Source of the DNA: an uncultured Bacilli bacterium | GTDB taxonomy: Bacteria; Bacillota_I; Bacilli_A; RF39; UBA660 | Reading direction: 5' to 3' | DNA: 58,317 bases | Assembly: GCA_947624275.1 (NCBI GenBank) | Contig: CANQJR010000002.1 | Span: 1 to 58,317 of the forward strand | Shown: positions 10,650 through 22,052 of the stretch, piece after piece | How positions within the stretch are numbered: position 1 is the stretch's first letter | Layout of the letters: each line of letters begins with the position of its first letter | Notes under the pieces: model-generated | What the model was told of the DNA's origin: nothing | What the model saw: the letters and a program-made list of their open reading frames with translations, nothing else | Database searches by the model: none | Program-made: the position numbers and the translations under genes

Positions 10650-11429
10650 TTATTTTATATATTTTTTTACTTTTACTTTGACTTTTTCTTTAACCAAGTG
10701 TTCACTATCATCCACTGATTTTAACTCACTGATGGGAAATGAAGATGCACCATAATCTTTTGCCCTTGTCTTTTCAGCACCATCTTTGACATCTTCTTTG
10801 ATATCATTGCCAATAGAAGGAAATTCCTTCTCTTCCACAATTGGCTTTTTTTTCTCATTAGGTCTTACATATGAACCGATAGTAAGTCCTTGCATGATTG
10901 CCGTTATTGGCATCAAAACGGATAGTACTTTACCCATATCAAAAAGAGGCGATAAGATACCAGCACCGACTAGGGCAAAGAGAAACCACGTCTTAACGCG
11001 CCCCATCATTGTCGATTTGGGCTCTTGACCTTGAAACTTCTTTCCGACATTGATACCGGCGATTGCTACTTCTAGTAAAATATTTATTATGAATTGTGGA
11101 TTTAGAAGCGAAGCTGTCGTCAAGAGGGTAAGAGCAAACACTTTATCACAAACGGCATCTAAATCTTTACCCAACTCACTGGTCAAGCCATATTTTCTAG
11201 CGATCAAACCGTCGGCAAAATCAGTTAGGCTGAATCCCGCTATTAAACCGATGATTAACGGAATGTTGCCAGTGAACACGCTGGGAATTATTAATAATGG
11301 TGCCATCAAGCGCATAGAAGTCAAAAGATTAGGTATCTGACGATAACGCTTTTTGGCATCTTTTAAATCATTTAATGCATCTTTTATCTCATGACGATAT
11401 TTATCAAATATTTTTTCTTTATCATCCAT
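10650..11429 (-). CDS. CDP-alcohol phosphatidyltransferase family protein (PgsA-like) with N- and C-terminal extensions
   Basis: DFADGLIARKYGLTSELGKDLDAVCDK matches the D-x2-DG-x2-AR-x8-G-x3-D-x3-D signature. Multi-TM protein with a charged C-terminal tail. Confidence 0.85.
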   Translation of the reverse strand: MDDKEKIFDKYRHEIKDALNDLKDAKKRYRQIPNLLTSMRLMAPLLIIPSVFTGNIPLIIGLIAGFSLTDFADGLIARKYGLTSELGKDLDAVCDKVFALTLLTTASLLNPQFIINILLEVAIAGINVGKKFQGQEPKSTMMGRVKTWFLFALVGAGILSPLFDMGKVLSVLMPITAIMQGLTIGSYVRPNEKKKPIVEEKEFPSIGNDIKEDVKDGAEKTRAKDYGASSFPISELKSVDDSEHLVKEKVKVKVKKYIK

Positions 11430-11489
11430 CACAAATTCCCCCAACGCTTTCATATTTTATTACGTAATTCTGACACTGTCAAATTTTTC

Positions 11490-11516
11490 CAAAATAAAAA
11501 CCAAAATTGGTTTTTA
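11490..11516 (-). terminator. Terminator hairpin after leuS
   Basis: AAAAACCAA/TTGGTTTTT stem overlapping the leuS stop codon, followed by a T-rich stretch. Confidence 0.6.
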
Positions 11517-13928
11517 TTTGACGACTATATTAATAATTTTTCCTTTGATGACGATAACTTTAACTATCTCTTTATCAGCGATGTGATGGATGACATTTTC
11601 TTCCTGCAACGCCTTCTCTTTGATGGTTTCTTCATCATCATTCAAGTTAACTCTAATAGTTGAACGCACTTTGCCATTGACTTGCACAGCGATTTCTTTT
11701 TCTTCCTCGACGGTCTTTGCCTCATCCCAAACTGGCCAAGTTGATTCACAAAGAGGTTTTCCCATCTCGTAAACAGCATTTAACTCCTCCGTGATGTGTG
11801 GGGCAATCGGATTCAATAGAAGGCATAACGTGCGATACTCTTTTTTGGTGATAGTATCTTGCTTTTCCATTTCGTTCAACAATATCATCAAAGTAGAAAC
11901 AGCTGTGTTAAATTTCATACTGTCGATATCTTCCGTAACTTTTTTGATACTCTTATTGATGATCTTTTCAAGATTTTGCGAATATTCATCACCCTCGACA
12001 ACTTTGTTGCCCAATCTGATCACGCGATCGATGAAGCGCTTACATCCGTTCAAGCCCTGTTCACTCCAAGCTACTTCTTTTTCATAGTCACCGATGAACA
12101 TCTCATAACAGCGAAGAGCGTCAGCACCATACAATTTGATCATGTCATCAGGATTGATGACATTGCCAAGACTCTTACTCATCTTGACTCCGCCCTCACC
12201 TAAAATCATTCCATGCGACACACGCACTTTGAATGGTTCTTTGTTGGGAACGAGACCGATGTTATACAAGAATTGATTCCAAAATCTTGCATATAACAAG
12301 TGGCGAGCTGCATGTTCCATACCACCGTTATACCAATCCAATTTTCCCCAATATTTTAAAGCTTCTTGAGAGACGAATTCTTTATCATTATGTGGATCCA
12401 TATATCGCAACCAATACCAACTAGATCCAGCCCAGTTAGGCATCGTATCAGTCTCACGTCTAGCAGGTTTACCACATTTAGGACAAGTCGTATTGACCCA
12501 ATCAGTAATCTTAGCAAGTGGGCTTTCACCATCATCAGTCGGTTCATACTCAGTGACATCTGGCAATAGAACTGGCAAGTCTTTTTCAGGCACAGCCACC
12601 CAACCACAATCTTCACAATATATTAGCGGAATTGGTTCTCCCCAAAATCTCTGACGTGAGAAAATCCAATCTTGCAATTTAAAGTTGGTCTTCTCATGAC
12701 CGATTCCTCTTTCTTTCAAATGGGCAATCATCTTGGCAATGGAATCTTTTTTATTAGTCAATCCGTTCAAAACGCCAGAATTGACCATTTCCCCATCACC
12801 AGTATAGGCTTCTTTAGATATGTCTCCACCTTTGATGACTTCAATGATATCAATACCGAACTTTTTAGCAAAGTCATAATCTCTTTCATCATGTGCAGGT
12901 ACAGCCATGATCGCACCCGTTCCATAGTTCATCATGACATAATCGGAAATATAAATAGGAATTTCTTTATCATTGATCGGATTGATAGCGGTTAAACCGC
13001 TGATTTTTACGCCAGTCTTATCTTTGACCAATTGCGTGCGTTCCAACTCACTCTTCTTATTGGCCATTTCACGATATGCTTTGATTTCATCCATGTTGTT
13101 GATTAAGTCTTGGTATTTATCAATCATGGGATGTTCTGGCGCTACCACCATGAAAGTAACCCCATACAAAGTGTCAGGTCTCGTCGTATAAATCAATAAT
13201 GAATCATCCACTTCTTTTATTTTAAAAGAGACCTCAGCTCCTGTCGATTTACCGATCCAATTGATTTGAGCCAATTTCGTTCGCTCTTGGAAATCAGTGT
13301 CCTCAAGTCCATCGATCAAGTCTTGTGCATAATCACTCATGCGAAGCATCCACTGTTCTTTTTCGCGTTGTTCCACTTGAGTGCCACATCTCTCACACAC
13401 TCCACCAGAAGCATCTTCATTAGATAATCCCATCTTACAATTAGGACACCAATTGATATTCTTCTTAGCTTTATAAGCCATACCATGTTCAAAGAATTTC
13501 AAAAATTGCCATTGAGTCCACTTATAGTATTCTGGATCAGTCGTTGAAAATTCTCTCGTCCAATCGACTGACATACCCAATTTTTTTACTTGTTCTTTAA
13601 AAACTTTAATATTCTCTTCAACGGCTTTTTTGGGATGAATATGATTTTTAATGGCATATTGTTCCGCAGGAGCACCAAACGCATCCCATCCCAATGGAAA
13701 TAGAACGTTGTATCCCATCATTCGCTTTTTTCGAGCCATGGCATCCAAAGCGGTATAACTTCGAACGTGTCCAACGTGAAGTCCAGCTCCACTAGGATAT
13801 GGAAATTCGACCAAATAATAATATTTGGGTTTATCACTATTGTTATGAGCCACAAAAACCTGGCTATCCTCCCAGTATTTTTGCCACTTTTTCTCTATTT
13901 CATTTATTGGTAACATTTCTTTTTTCAT
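11514..13928 (-). CDS. leuS: Leucine--tRNA ligase
   Basis: 804 aa with the class I HIGH motif (HVGH), KMSKS, and the CP1 editing-domain layout typical of bacterial LeuRS. Confidence 0.97.
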   Translation of the reverse strand: MKKEMLPINEIEKKWQKYWEDSQVFVAHNNSDKPKYYYLVEFPYPSGAGLHVGHVRSYTALDAMARKKRMMGYNVLFPLGWDAFGAPAEQYAIKNHIHPKKAVEENIKVFKEQVKKLGMSVDWTREFSTTDPEYYKWTQWQFLKFFEHGMAYKAKKNINWCPNCKMGLSNEDASGGVCERCGTQVEQREKEQWMLRMSDYAQDLIDGLEDTDFQERTKLAQINWIGKSTGAEVSFKIKEVDDSLLIYTTRPDTLYGVTFMVVAPEHPMIDKYQDLINNMDEIKAYREMANKKSELERTQLVKDKTGVKISGLTAINPINDKEIPIYISDYVMMNYGTGAIMAVPAHDERDYDFAKKFGIDIIEVIKGGDISKEAYTGDGEMVNSGVLNGLTNKKDSIAKMIAHLKERGIGHEKTNFKLQDWIFSRQRFWGEPIPLIYCEDCGWVAVPEKDLPVLLPDVTEYEPTDDGESPLAKITDWVNTTCPKCGKPARRETDTMPNWAGSSWYWLRYMDPHNDKEFVSQEALKYWGKLDWYNGGMEHAARHLLYARFWNQFLYNIGLVPNKEPFKVRVSHGMILGEGGVKMSKSLGNVINPDDMIKLYGADALRCYEMFIGDYEKEVAWSEQGLNGCKRFIDRVIRLGNKVVEGDEYSQNLEKIINKSIKKVTEDIDSMKFNTAVSTLMILLNEMEKQDTITKKEYRTLCLLLNPIAPHITEELNAVYEMGKPLCESTWPVWDEAKTVEEEKEIAVQVNGKVRSTIRVNLNDDEETIKEKALQEENVIHHIADKEIVKVIVIKGKIINIVVK

Positions 13929-14415
13929 CTCTTACCACAAGTCCTTTCTTTTTATAATAATTGCCAACGATACTATAACTGATCAATATGATAGGAATGA
14001 CTAGTACCCCACCTATTAATAAACTTATATATACATTGTCAACTTTTAATGATGATACGATTGCTATTATGAAAGCAATATCGAATGAACATACAAAACC
14101 GACTGTTTTCAACAGATCTTTATAATTGATCTTGGCTAAATCTAGATGGTATTTCAAAATCAATATCTCTACTTCAGTAGGAATTTTGATATCTTCTTCG
14201 CTTCTTTTAGGTTTTCGTGGCTTGCGACCACGCGTCAACACCTTTTCTTTTTCACTCGTACTACTGAATAAAAAATGATGAAATCCCTCTTTTATTTTTT
14301 GCCACCAAATATGTCCTTTTCTCTTTTTGAGTTTACCATTTTTATCATATTTATTTATCATGAAGAAATAATAAAAGATATAAATTATTAAAAAGGTAAC
14401 AACAAATTCTATCAT
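13900..14415 (-). CDS. Small membrane protein, first gene of the T-box-controlled leuS transcript
   Basis: 171 aa. N-terminal TM, a very basic loop (RGRKPRKPKRSEED) and two C-terminal TMs. GGAGG RBS before ATG 14415. The stop overlaps the leuS start region. The ORF-track extension to 14478 runs into the T-box terminator. Confidence 0.6.
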   Translation of the reverse strand: MIEFVVTFLIIYIFYYFFMINKYDKNGKLKKRKGHIWWQKIKEGFHHFLFSSTSEKEKVLTRGRKPRKPKRSEEDIKIPTEVEILILKYHLDLAKINYKDLLKTVGFVCSFDIAFIIAIVSSLKVDNVYISLLIGGVLVIPIILISYSIVGNYYKKKGLVVRDEKRNVTNK

Positions 14416-14427
14416 AATACCTCCTCG

Positions 14428-14629
14428 ATAAAAAAGACTATTCATCCAATATAAGGACGAACAGTCTCGCGGTACCACCTTAATTCATAGTTAAACTATG
14501 CACTCAAACTCTTAACGCGAAAAAACGATTTGCTCCTCGTGGAACAAGTTCATGAATCTATACCACCAGTTTCCACCAACCACTGGCTCTCTATCAATAA
14601 TCAATTCATTACTACTCTCCACAGCAATT
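14428..14629 (-). promoter_or_regulatory. T-box riboswitch leader, Leu specifier (CUU)
   Basis: All elements lie on the minus strand. There is an AGUA S-turn element, an AGAGAG bulge and a distal CCAGUGGUUGGUGGAAACUGG. GAA-CUU-G sits in the specifier position (CUU at 14546-14548). The T-box sequence is AAUUAAGGUGGUACCGCG (14469-14486). The terminator AGACUGUUCGUCC..GGAUGAAUAGUCU is followed by U6. Confidence 0.85.
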
Positions 14630-14635
14630 ACTAGT

Positions 14636-14664
14636 ATTATATTAAATTTGTTCCATATATTCAA
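14636..14664 (-). promoter_or_regulatory. Sigma-A promoter of the T-box/leuS unit
   Basis: TTGAAT, a 17-nt spacer, then TATAAT on the minus strand, embedded in the 3' end of the GH31 gene. Confidence 0.6.
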
Positions 14665-17134
14665 GTAATTTTTTAAATAAGCGCACGAATGATTGATCCA
14701 AACCTTTTTTCTTCAATTTGGTCAAAGCCACTCTTTTCTTACGCAATTCCATATCGCTAAAAATGATTTTAGCAATTTCATCTTTCAATTTGGTCTGAAT
14801 CTGCAAGTTGTTCAAAATGTCATCGATGTCGTCAGCCATGACGTGGGCAGCATCGATTTCAATATTATCACCCTTACAAGTGACAGTTAATTGTCCAACG
14901 GTTGGAACATCTTTTACTTCGATGACGAAGTCATTTCCTTGTGTGTAATGTTTCTCTTCTATCTTCGTCTCATTGAAGTAGGCACTAGTCGTTTGAGCTT
15001 CACGAGTATTGCGGAAACGAATGATGTAATTGCGCTTATCAGGAATAATGCCACTCTTACCTTCAACCGATCTGACGATGACCGTATAATTACTTGGCAA
15101 ATAGTTATAAGATATCTCTGTCTTTATGTAATAGCCCTCTTTGTATAGAGAACTGATTCCATCATCTTCATACATCGTATAAGTGTTGTTCTCGCCCGCA
15201 AATACCTGAATCTCTAGATCAGTTGGAGCGGATGTGTTATTGACGTTACTCTTTTTAGAAAGCGGGATGATAGCGCCCGTCTTGGCAAATACTGGATAAT
15301 CCTCTTCTTTATAAAAGGCGATGTATTTATGTTTTCCAATATATTTTTGACCAGTGAAGAAATCATACCAAATACCATCTGGCAAGAAGAAATGGTGAAT
15401 CGTTCGATTCATGACCAAATCTTTTTTATTAAGAATTGGTGTGACAAACAATTGACGACCGAAAAAGTATTCATTGCGGTAGACTACATCGTCATAGAAT
15501 TTGGGATATAAATAATATAGCGGTTGGAAAATCATCATTCCTTTATCATAATACTCATAAGCTTCTGTATACAAATATGGGATCAATTCATGGCGCAAGC
15601 GCAAATAGTCATCAACTACTTCAAAAGTCTTCTTATCCCAACGCCAAGGCTCTCTTTTATAATATTTTCCTTTATCAGAGTGAAAACGCAAAATTGGTGA
15701 AAAGACTCCCAATTCAACTGATCTTATGTACAATTCACTATCTTCAATACCATCGTTGTAACCACCGATGTCATGGCTCCACCAACAAACACCGATATTA
15801 GAAGCTGACAAATTGAAGAAGGGAATCGTCTTAAAGTTGTCCCAACTGACCTTGGTCTTACCAGAATACAAAACGGGATAGCGATGGGCAGCAACCATGC
15901 CACTTCGTCCTAACACCATGCCTCTTTTTTCGGGTAGGCGAGCCAAATCTTTATACAAGTAATGGTTCAATAACCATGTAACGCGCATATCCGCATTATC
16001 ACTATTGTAATCGTTCCAAAAGAAGTCAATTCCTAAACTCTCAAGAGGATGGATCAACAATTTTAAATAGACATCGATGAAAATGGGATCATAAGGTGCA
16101 AATGAAATGACATTGTCCTCATTCGGTTTTAAATATTTTTTGATCTCTTCAAAAAAATATTCATAATTTCTTATCCCGTCTTTAGGATTAGTGTTCAAAC
16201 CGACTCTAGTTCCTCTTTGATGAAGTTCTTCAACCATCTTTTTAGGATTAGGTATTAAATCCGTATTGAAAGTAAAACCTGTCTCATACAATTTATCTTT
16301 GGGATTAGTGACTAATCCCTGTTTTTTGATGTCCAGTTTGTTCGGATCATCAGATGGTTCCTTACTGACAGGAGTTTGGCGATAATGCCAATCCTTGTCC
16401 AACAACAAAACGGATAATGGTATGTTACTTTCACTAAATTTATTAGATAGATTTAAAATTTCATCTTGCGTATATGGAAGATTGCGACACCACCAATTTC
16501 CCAAAGCATAACGCGGAATGAATGCTGGCATACCCGTCAATTTGAAATAGTCTTGAATGCAGTAACCGAAATCTTTGCCATACACGAAGACATATATGTC
16601 GGTATAACTCTTATTCTCAACTTCAACTGGTTTGACCGTGCCATCGTAATCGAAGCGAAGTGATTGCGAGTCGTCTAGACTAACAAAGCCTTCAATGGAA
16701 TACAATCCCTTATTGGTCGATGTCGTCTTATTAAACTCTTCCAAAGTCGAATTGTTACCATGATAGTTTCTAACCTCGGGATGTCCATAATACCAAATGG
16801 AATCCATCCCATTAACTTGGATGTTTAAATTTTTCATAGCGTTAGTTGACGTACCTTTAAAAGGGGTATTTTTGGCATAGGTGAGCGTGAAATATTTGGT
16901 CTTGATCTCTAGAAAGAGACTATCCTGTTTCGCCTCAAAAACGGGTTTATCAAAGACACGATTCACGACTAATTGGGTCGCATCGTTACTGAACTTTCCT
17001 ATTTCACTATATTCGAGACGCACGAGACGCTCTGTCAAAACAGTGATGCGATATTTGCTTCCCTGATAGATGACGTCAGCTTTTACTTTTAAATTGGCTG
17101 GATCGATTATAAAGTGTTGACCAAGATTATACAT
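14642..17134 (-). CDS. Glycoside hydrolase family 31 (alpha-glucosidase/alpha-xylosidase type)
   Basis: 830 aa. Central TIM-barrel segment with DFFWNDYN and WWSHDIGGY, matching the GH31 catalytic-region pattern. Confidence 0.85.
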   Translation of the reverse strand: MYNLGQHFIIDPANLKVKADVIYQGSKYRITVLTERLVRLEYSEIGKFSNDATQLVVNRVFDKPVFEAKQDSLFLEIKTKYFTLTYAKNTPFKGTSTNAMKNLNIQVNGMDSIWYYGHPEVRNYHGNNSTLEEFNKTTSTNKGLYSIEGFVSLDDSQSLRFDYDGTVKPVEVENKSYTDIYVFVYGKDFGYCIQDYFKLTGMPAFIPRYALGNWWCRNLPYTQDEILNLSNKFSESNIPLSVLLLDKDWHYRQTPVSKEPSDDPNKLDIKKQGLVTNPKDKLYETGFTFNTDLIPNPKKMVEELHQRGTRVGLNTNPKDGIRNYEYFFEEIKKYLKPNEDNVISFAPYDPIFIDVYLKLLIHPLESLGIDFFWNDYNSDNADMRVTWLLNHYLYKDLARLPEKRGMVLGRSGMVAAHRYPVLYSGKTKVSWDNFKTIPFFNLSASNIGVCWWSHDIGGYNDGIEDSELYIRSVELGVFSPILRFHSDKGKYYKREPWRWDKKTFEVVDDYLRLRHELIPYLYTEAYEYYDKGMMIFQPLYYLYPKFYDDVVYRNEYFFGRQLFVTPILNKKDLVMNRTIHHFFLPDGIWYDFFTGQKYIGKHKYIAFYKEEDYPVFAKTGAIIPLSKKSNVNNTSAPTDLEIQVFAGENNTYTMYEDDGISSLYKEGYYIKTEISYNYLPSNYTVIVRSVEGKSGIIPDKRNYIIRFRNTREAQTTSAYFNETKIEEKHYTQGNDFVIEVKDVPTVGQLTVTCKGDNIEIDAAHVMADDIDDILNNLQIQTKLKDEIAKIIFSDMELRKKRVALTKLKKKGLDQSFVRLFKKLLEYMEQI

Positions 17135-17228
17135 TTAAATCACCCTCATATTCTTCATATATCATAATTCATTATAACATAGATGAGTTTATGAATATAA
17201 CATTTTTATTCTTTTTTTAAATAAATTT

Positions 17229-17237
17229 TGATATAAT
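17229..17237 (+). promoter_or_regulatory. Extended -10 promoter element for the patatin gene
   Basis: TGaTATAAT lies 17 nt upstream of ATG 17254. Confidence 0.45.
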
Positions 17238-17253
17238 TTATTTGGTGAAGAAA

Positions 17254-18486
17254 ATGAAAGCATTAGTATTAGCTGGTGGTGGAGCTAAAGGAGCATATGA
17301 AATGGGTGTTTGGAAAGCTCTACGCCGTCTAAAAATAAAAATAGATATCGTAACGGGAACGTCTATCGGTTCACTCAATGGTGCCCTAATCGTTCAGAAC
17401 AGTTATTACAAAGCGATGCGCCTCTGGTTGACAACCGATTTCTATAAATTGTTCGGTTCTGAATTAAAGAATTTGACCGATGTTAAAAAAGCCTTACAAA
17501 TCTATAGCGAAAACATCTTAAAGCGCGATGGAATCGATACTTATGGCTATCAAGATCTCGTCAAAAAGACGATCGATTTGAACAAATTTTACAACTCACC
17601 AATCAATTATGGTTTGATAACTTACAACTTTAGTACTAGAAAACCATGTTTACTAACTAAAAATAAGATTAAAAGAGATAAATTATGTGATTACATCATT
17701 GCTTCCACTTCTTGTTTTCCAGCTCTCGACATGAAAGAAATAGATGGTGATAAATACGTCGATGGCGGTTATTATGACAACATGCCCATCAACCTAGCTG
17801 TCGACATGGGAGCAACGAACGTCATAGCTGTCGATTTAGAAAGCGTGGGAATCGTTCGTAACGTCAAAGACGACAATGTGGAAATCACTTATATCAAGCC
17901 CAGTTGTGACTTAGGAAACTTTTTAGTCTTTGATCAAAAATTAATTAAGAAAAACATCGCAATTGGCTACAACGATACGATGAAAAAATTTGGCAAATTG
18001 GATGGAGACTATTACACTTTTAAAAAGAATCATCTCAATAAGAACTATCAAAAATATGGAGAAGAATTTGCATATATTGCTAAGAGGATGATCGGAATCA
18101 ACACCAAAAAGACTTTGAATAAATTGACATCAATATCTTTTTATCGCCACTTGATCAAAAATAATTTTAACGATCGTAAGACGATGAATAAGAGTCTCGA
18201 GTTATTAGGAGAGATATTTGAAGTTCCCAATCAAAAGATATATGACATAAATATGTTCAATCATATTTTAAAAACAGATTTTGCCAATTTTGGAAATGAG
18301 GAATTGATTGATATTGAGAATTTGAAGAATCTTCATTTCAATCAGACGATCAATCGTCGTCACATCGTGAAACACATTTATAACTATATGTTGAAACCGG
18401 TAGAATATCATAAACAGTTATTAGAATTGAGCATCTTATTCCCAAAAGAATTCATGGGAGCTCTATATTTATATACGATTAGTTGA
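17254..18486 (+). CDS. Patatin-like phospholipase
   Basis: GGGAKGAY oxyanion motif, GTSIGS (GxSxG nucleophile) and DGG (catalytic Asp). Confidence 0.9.
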   Translation: MKALVLAGGGAKGAYEMGVWKALRRLKIKIDIVTGTSIGSLNGALIVQNSYYKAMRLWLTTDFYKLFGSELKNLTDVKKALQIYSENILKRDGIDTYGYQDLVKKTIDLNKFYNSPINYGLITYNFSTRKPCLLTKNKIKRDKLCDYIIASTSCFPALDMKEIDGDKYVDGGYYDNMPINLAVDMGATNVIAVDLESVGIVRNVKDDNVEITYIKPSCDLGNFLVFDQKLIKKNIAIGYNDTMKKFGKLDGDYYTFKKNHLNKNYQKYGEEFAYIAKRMIGINTKKTLNKLTSISFYRHLIKNNFNDRKTMNKSLELLGEIFEVPNQKIYDINMFNHILKTDFANFGNEELIDIENLKNLHFNQTINRRHIVKHIYNYMLKPVEYHKQLLELSILFPKEFMGALYLYTIS

Positions 18487-18487
18487 T

Positions 18488-19957
18488 ATGCGTAAAAATA
18501 AATTCAAATATACTAATTCCAATAAAAGATATTATACCCTCGACTATTTCTATAAAAATAAATTTGATTCCAAAGTTTTCAAAGTGAGTTTAAATGCCGG
18601 TTTTTCTTGTCCCAATAAAGATGGAAAAGTGGGATTTGGCGGTTGTATATATTGTGCAAATGGCAGTGGTGATTTCGCCGGTGATGTCTTAAAGCCACTA
18701 TCTGTTCAATTTGAAGAGATAAAGAATCAACTTTTAAAGAAGTGGCCACACAGTAAATACATCGGTTATTTCCAAGCTAATACCAATACTTATGCTGATG
18801 TCGATACGCTGCGAGCAAAATACGAAGAAATATTAAAAATAGATGGTGTCGTCGGATTGAACATCGCAACTAGACCCGACAGCATCACGGCTGAATGTTA
18901 CCAATATTTGGAAGAATTGTCGCATAAAACGTACTTAACCATCGAGTTAGGCCTTCAAACGATTCACGAAAAGACGGCCAAGTTGATAAATCGTTGTCAC
19001 AACTTGGAATGCTTCGTCAATTGCGTCAAAGAACTGCGCCAGAGAAAGATAAACGTCGTCGTCCACATCATCAATGGTCTTCCCTATGAGACGAAAGAGA
19101 TGATGTTAGAGACGGTTTCCTTTTTGAACAAATTGGACATTCAAGGCATCAAAATTCATATGTTACACATTTTAAAAAATACGCCACTTGCCCACATGTA
19201 TGAAAGAGAAAAATTTCACGTCTTGACCGAACGAGAATACGTCGATATCGTCTGTGATCAAATCGAATTATTGCGTGAAGATATCGTCATCCATCGCATC
19301 ACGGGGGACCCCAATAGCGATGACTTAGTCGAACCGAGTTGGTTGATCAAAAAATTTGGGGTTCTAAATGAAATAGATAAAGAATTAGCACGAAGAAATA
19401 GCTATCAAGGATATCGCAAATCGATTTTGAATTACGTCCACAACTTGATCGATTCCTACATAAAAAATAATGATATCGTCGTCGATGCGACCATAGGTAA
19501 TGGCAATGATACTGCCTATCTATGTCGCGCTGTTCCAAAAGGCCAAGTTTTCGGTTTTGACATCCAAGCCAAGGCTATTTCCCAAACAGAGAAACTGTTG
19601 CGTGATGAAGGTCACCAAAATTATCAACTGTTTCAAGAGAGTCATGCGAATATCGCCAAAGTTTTAAAAGATTATAAAGGCAAGATATCGCTCGTCTTAT
19701 TCAATCTCGGCTATCTTCCTAATGGCGACAAGACGATCACCACAAAAGCATCAAGCACCATTGAAGCCATCCAATCATCTTTGACCTTACTTCACCAAAG
19801 GGGGATGATTCTACTCGTCATCTATCCTGGTCATGAAGAAGGAAAAAGAGAGAGCGAAGAAATTCACAAATATCTGGGGAAAAATCATTATGAATATCAA
19901 GAGTTCCACAACACAGACAATGCAATAGCACCATATTTAATCGAAATTCAAAAATAA
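18488..19957 (+). CDS. Fusion of a TIGR01212-type radical SAM protein (YtqA/MnmL-like) with a YtqB/MnmM-like SAM-dependent methyltransferase
   Basis: N-terminal half has the CxxxCxxC-like cluster CPNKDG..GGCIYC and the TIGR01212 layout. The C-terminal roughly 190 aa (VVDATIGNGNDT...FNLGYLPNGDKTITT...VIYPGHEEGK) aligns by eye along its length with B. subtilis YtqB. Confidence 0.85.
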   Translation: MRKNKFKYTNSNKRYYTLDYFYKNKFDSKVFKVSLNAGFSCPNKDGKVGFGGCIYCANGSGDFAGDVLKPLSVQFEEIKNQLLKKWPHSKYIGYFQANTNTYADVDTLRAKYEEILKIDGVVGLNIATRPDSITAECYQYLEELSHKTYLTIELGLQTIHEKTAKLINRCHNLECFVNCVKELRQRKINVVVHIINGLPYETKEMMLETVSFLNKLDIQGIKIHMLHILKNTPLAHMYEREKFHVLTEREYVDIVCDQIELLREDIVIHRITGDPNSDDLVEPSWLIKKFGVLNEIDKELARRNSYQGYRKSILNYVHNLIDSYIKNNDIVVDATIGNGNDTAYLCRAVPKGQVFGFDIQAKAISQTEKLLRDEGHQNYQLFQESHANIAKVLKDYKGKISLVLFNLGYLPNGDKTITTKASSTIEAIQSSLTLLHQRGMILLVIYPGHEEGKRESEEIHKYLGKNHYEYQEFHNTDNAIAPYLIEIQK

Positions 19958-19982
19958 AAAGATATTGTTAACAATATCTTTT

Positions 19983-19985
<3 letters not shown>
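19956..19985. terminator. Bidirectional terminator (perfect palindrome)
   Basis: AAAAGATATTGTTAACAATATCTTTT between convergent genes. Confidence 0.75.
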
Positions 19986-21977
<1,992 letters not shown>

Positions 21978-22052
21978 CTATTTATATTATACCAAAACAT
22001 GAATATTTTAGATATAACAATAAAAAAATTGAATAAATATTTATTCAATTTT

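Noticed and set aside
10650-10700. VKVKVKVKK-encoding periodic DNA at the 3' end of the phosphatidyltransferase gene, considered as a tandem repeat element.
   Set aside because: It is a short low-complexity coding tail of a few 6-nt units, with no repeat-array structure or flanking features.
14416-14478. N-terminal extension (MVPRDCSSLYWMNSLFYRGG) of the small membrane ORF upstream of leuS.
   Set aside because: This stretch is the T-box sequence and terminator hairpin of the leader RNA. A GGAGG RBS and an ATG at 14415 give the sensible start.
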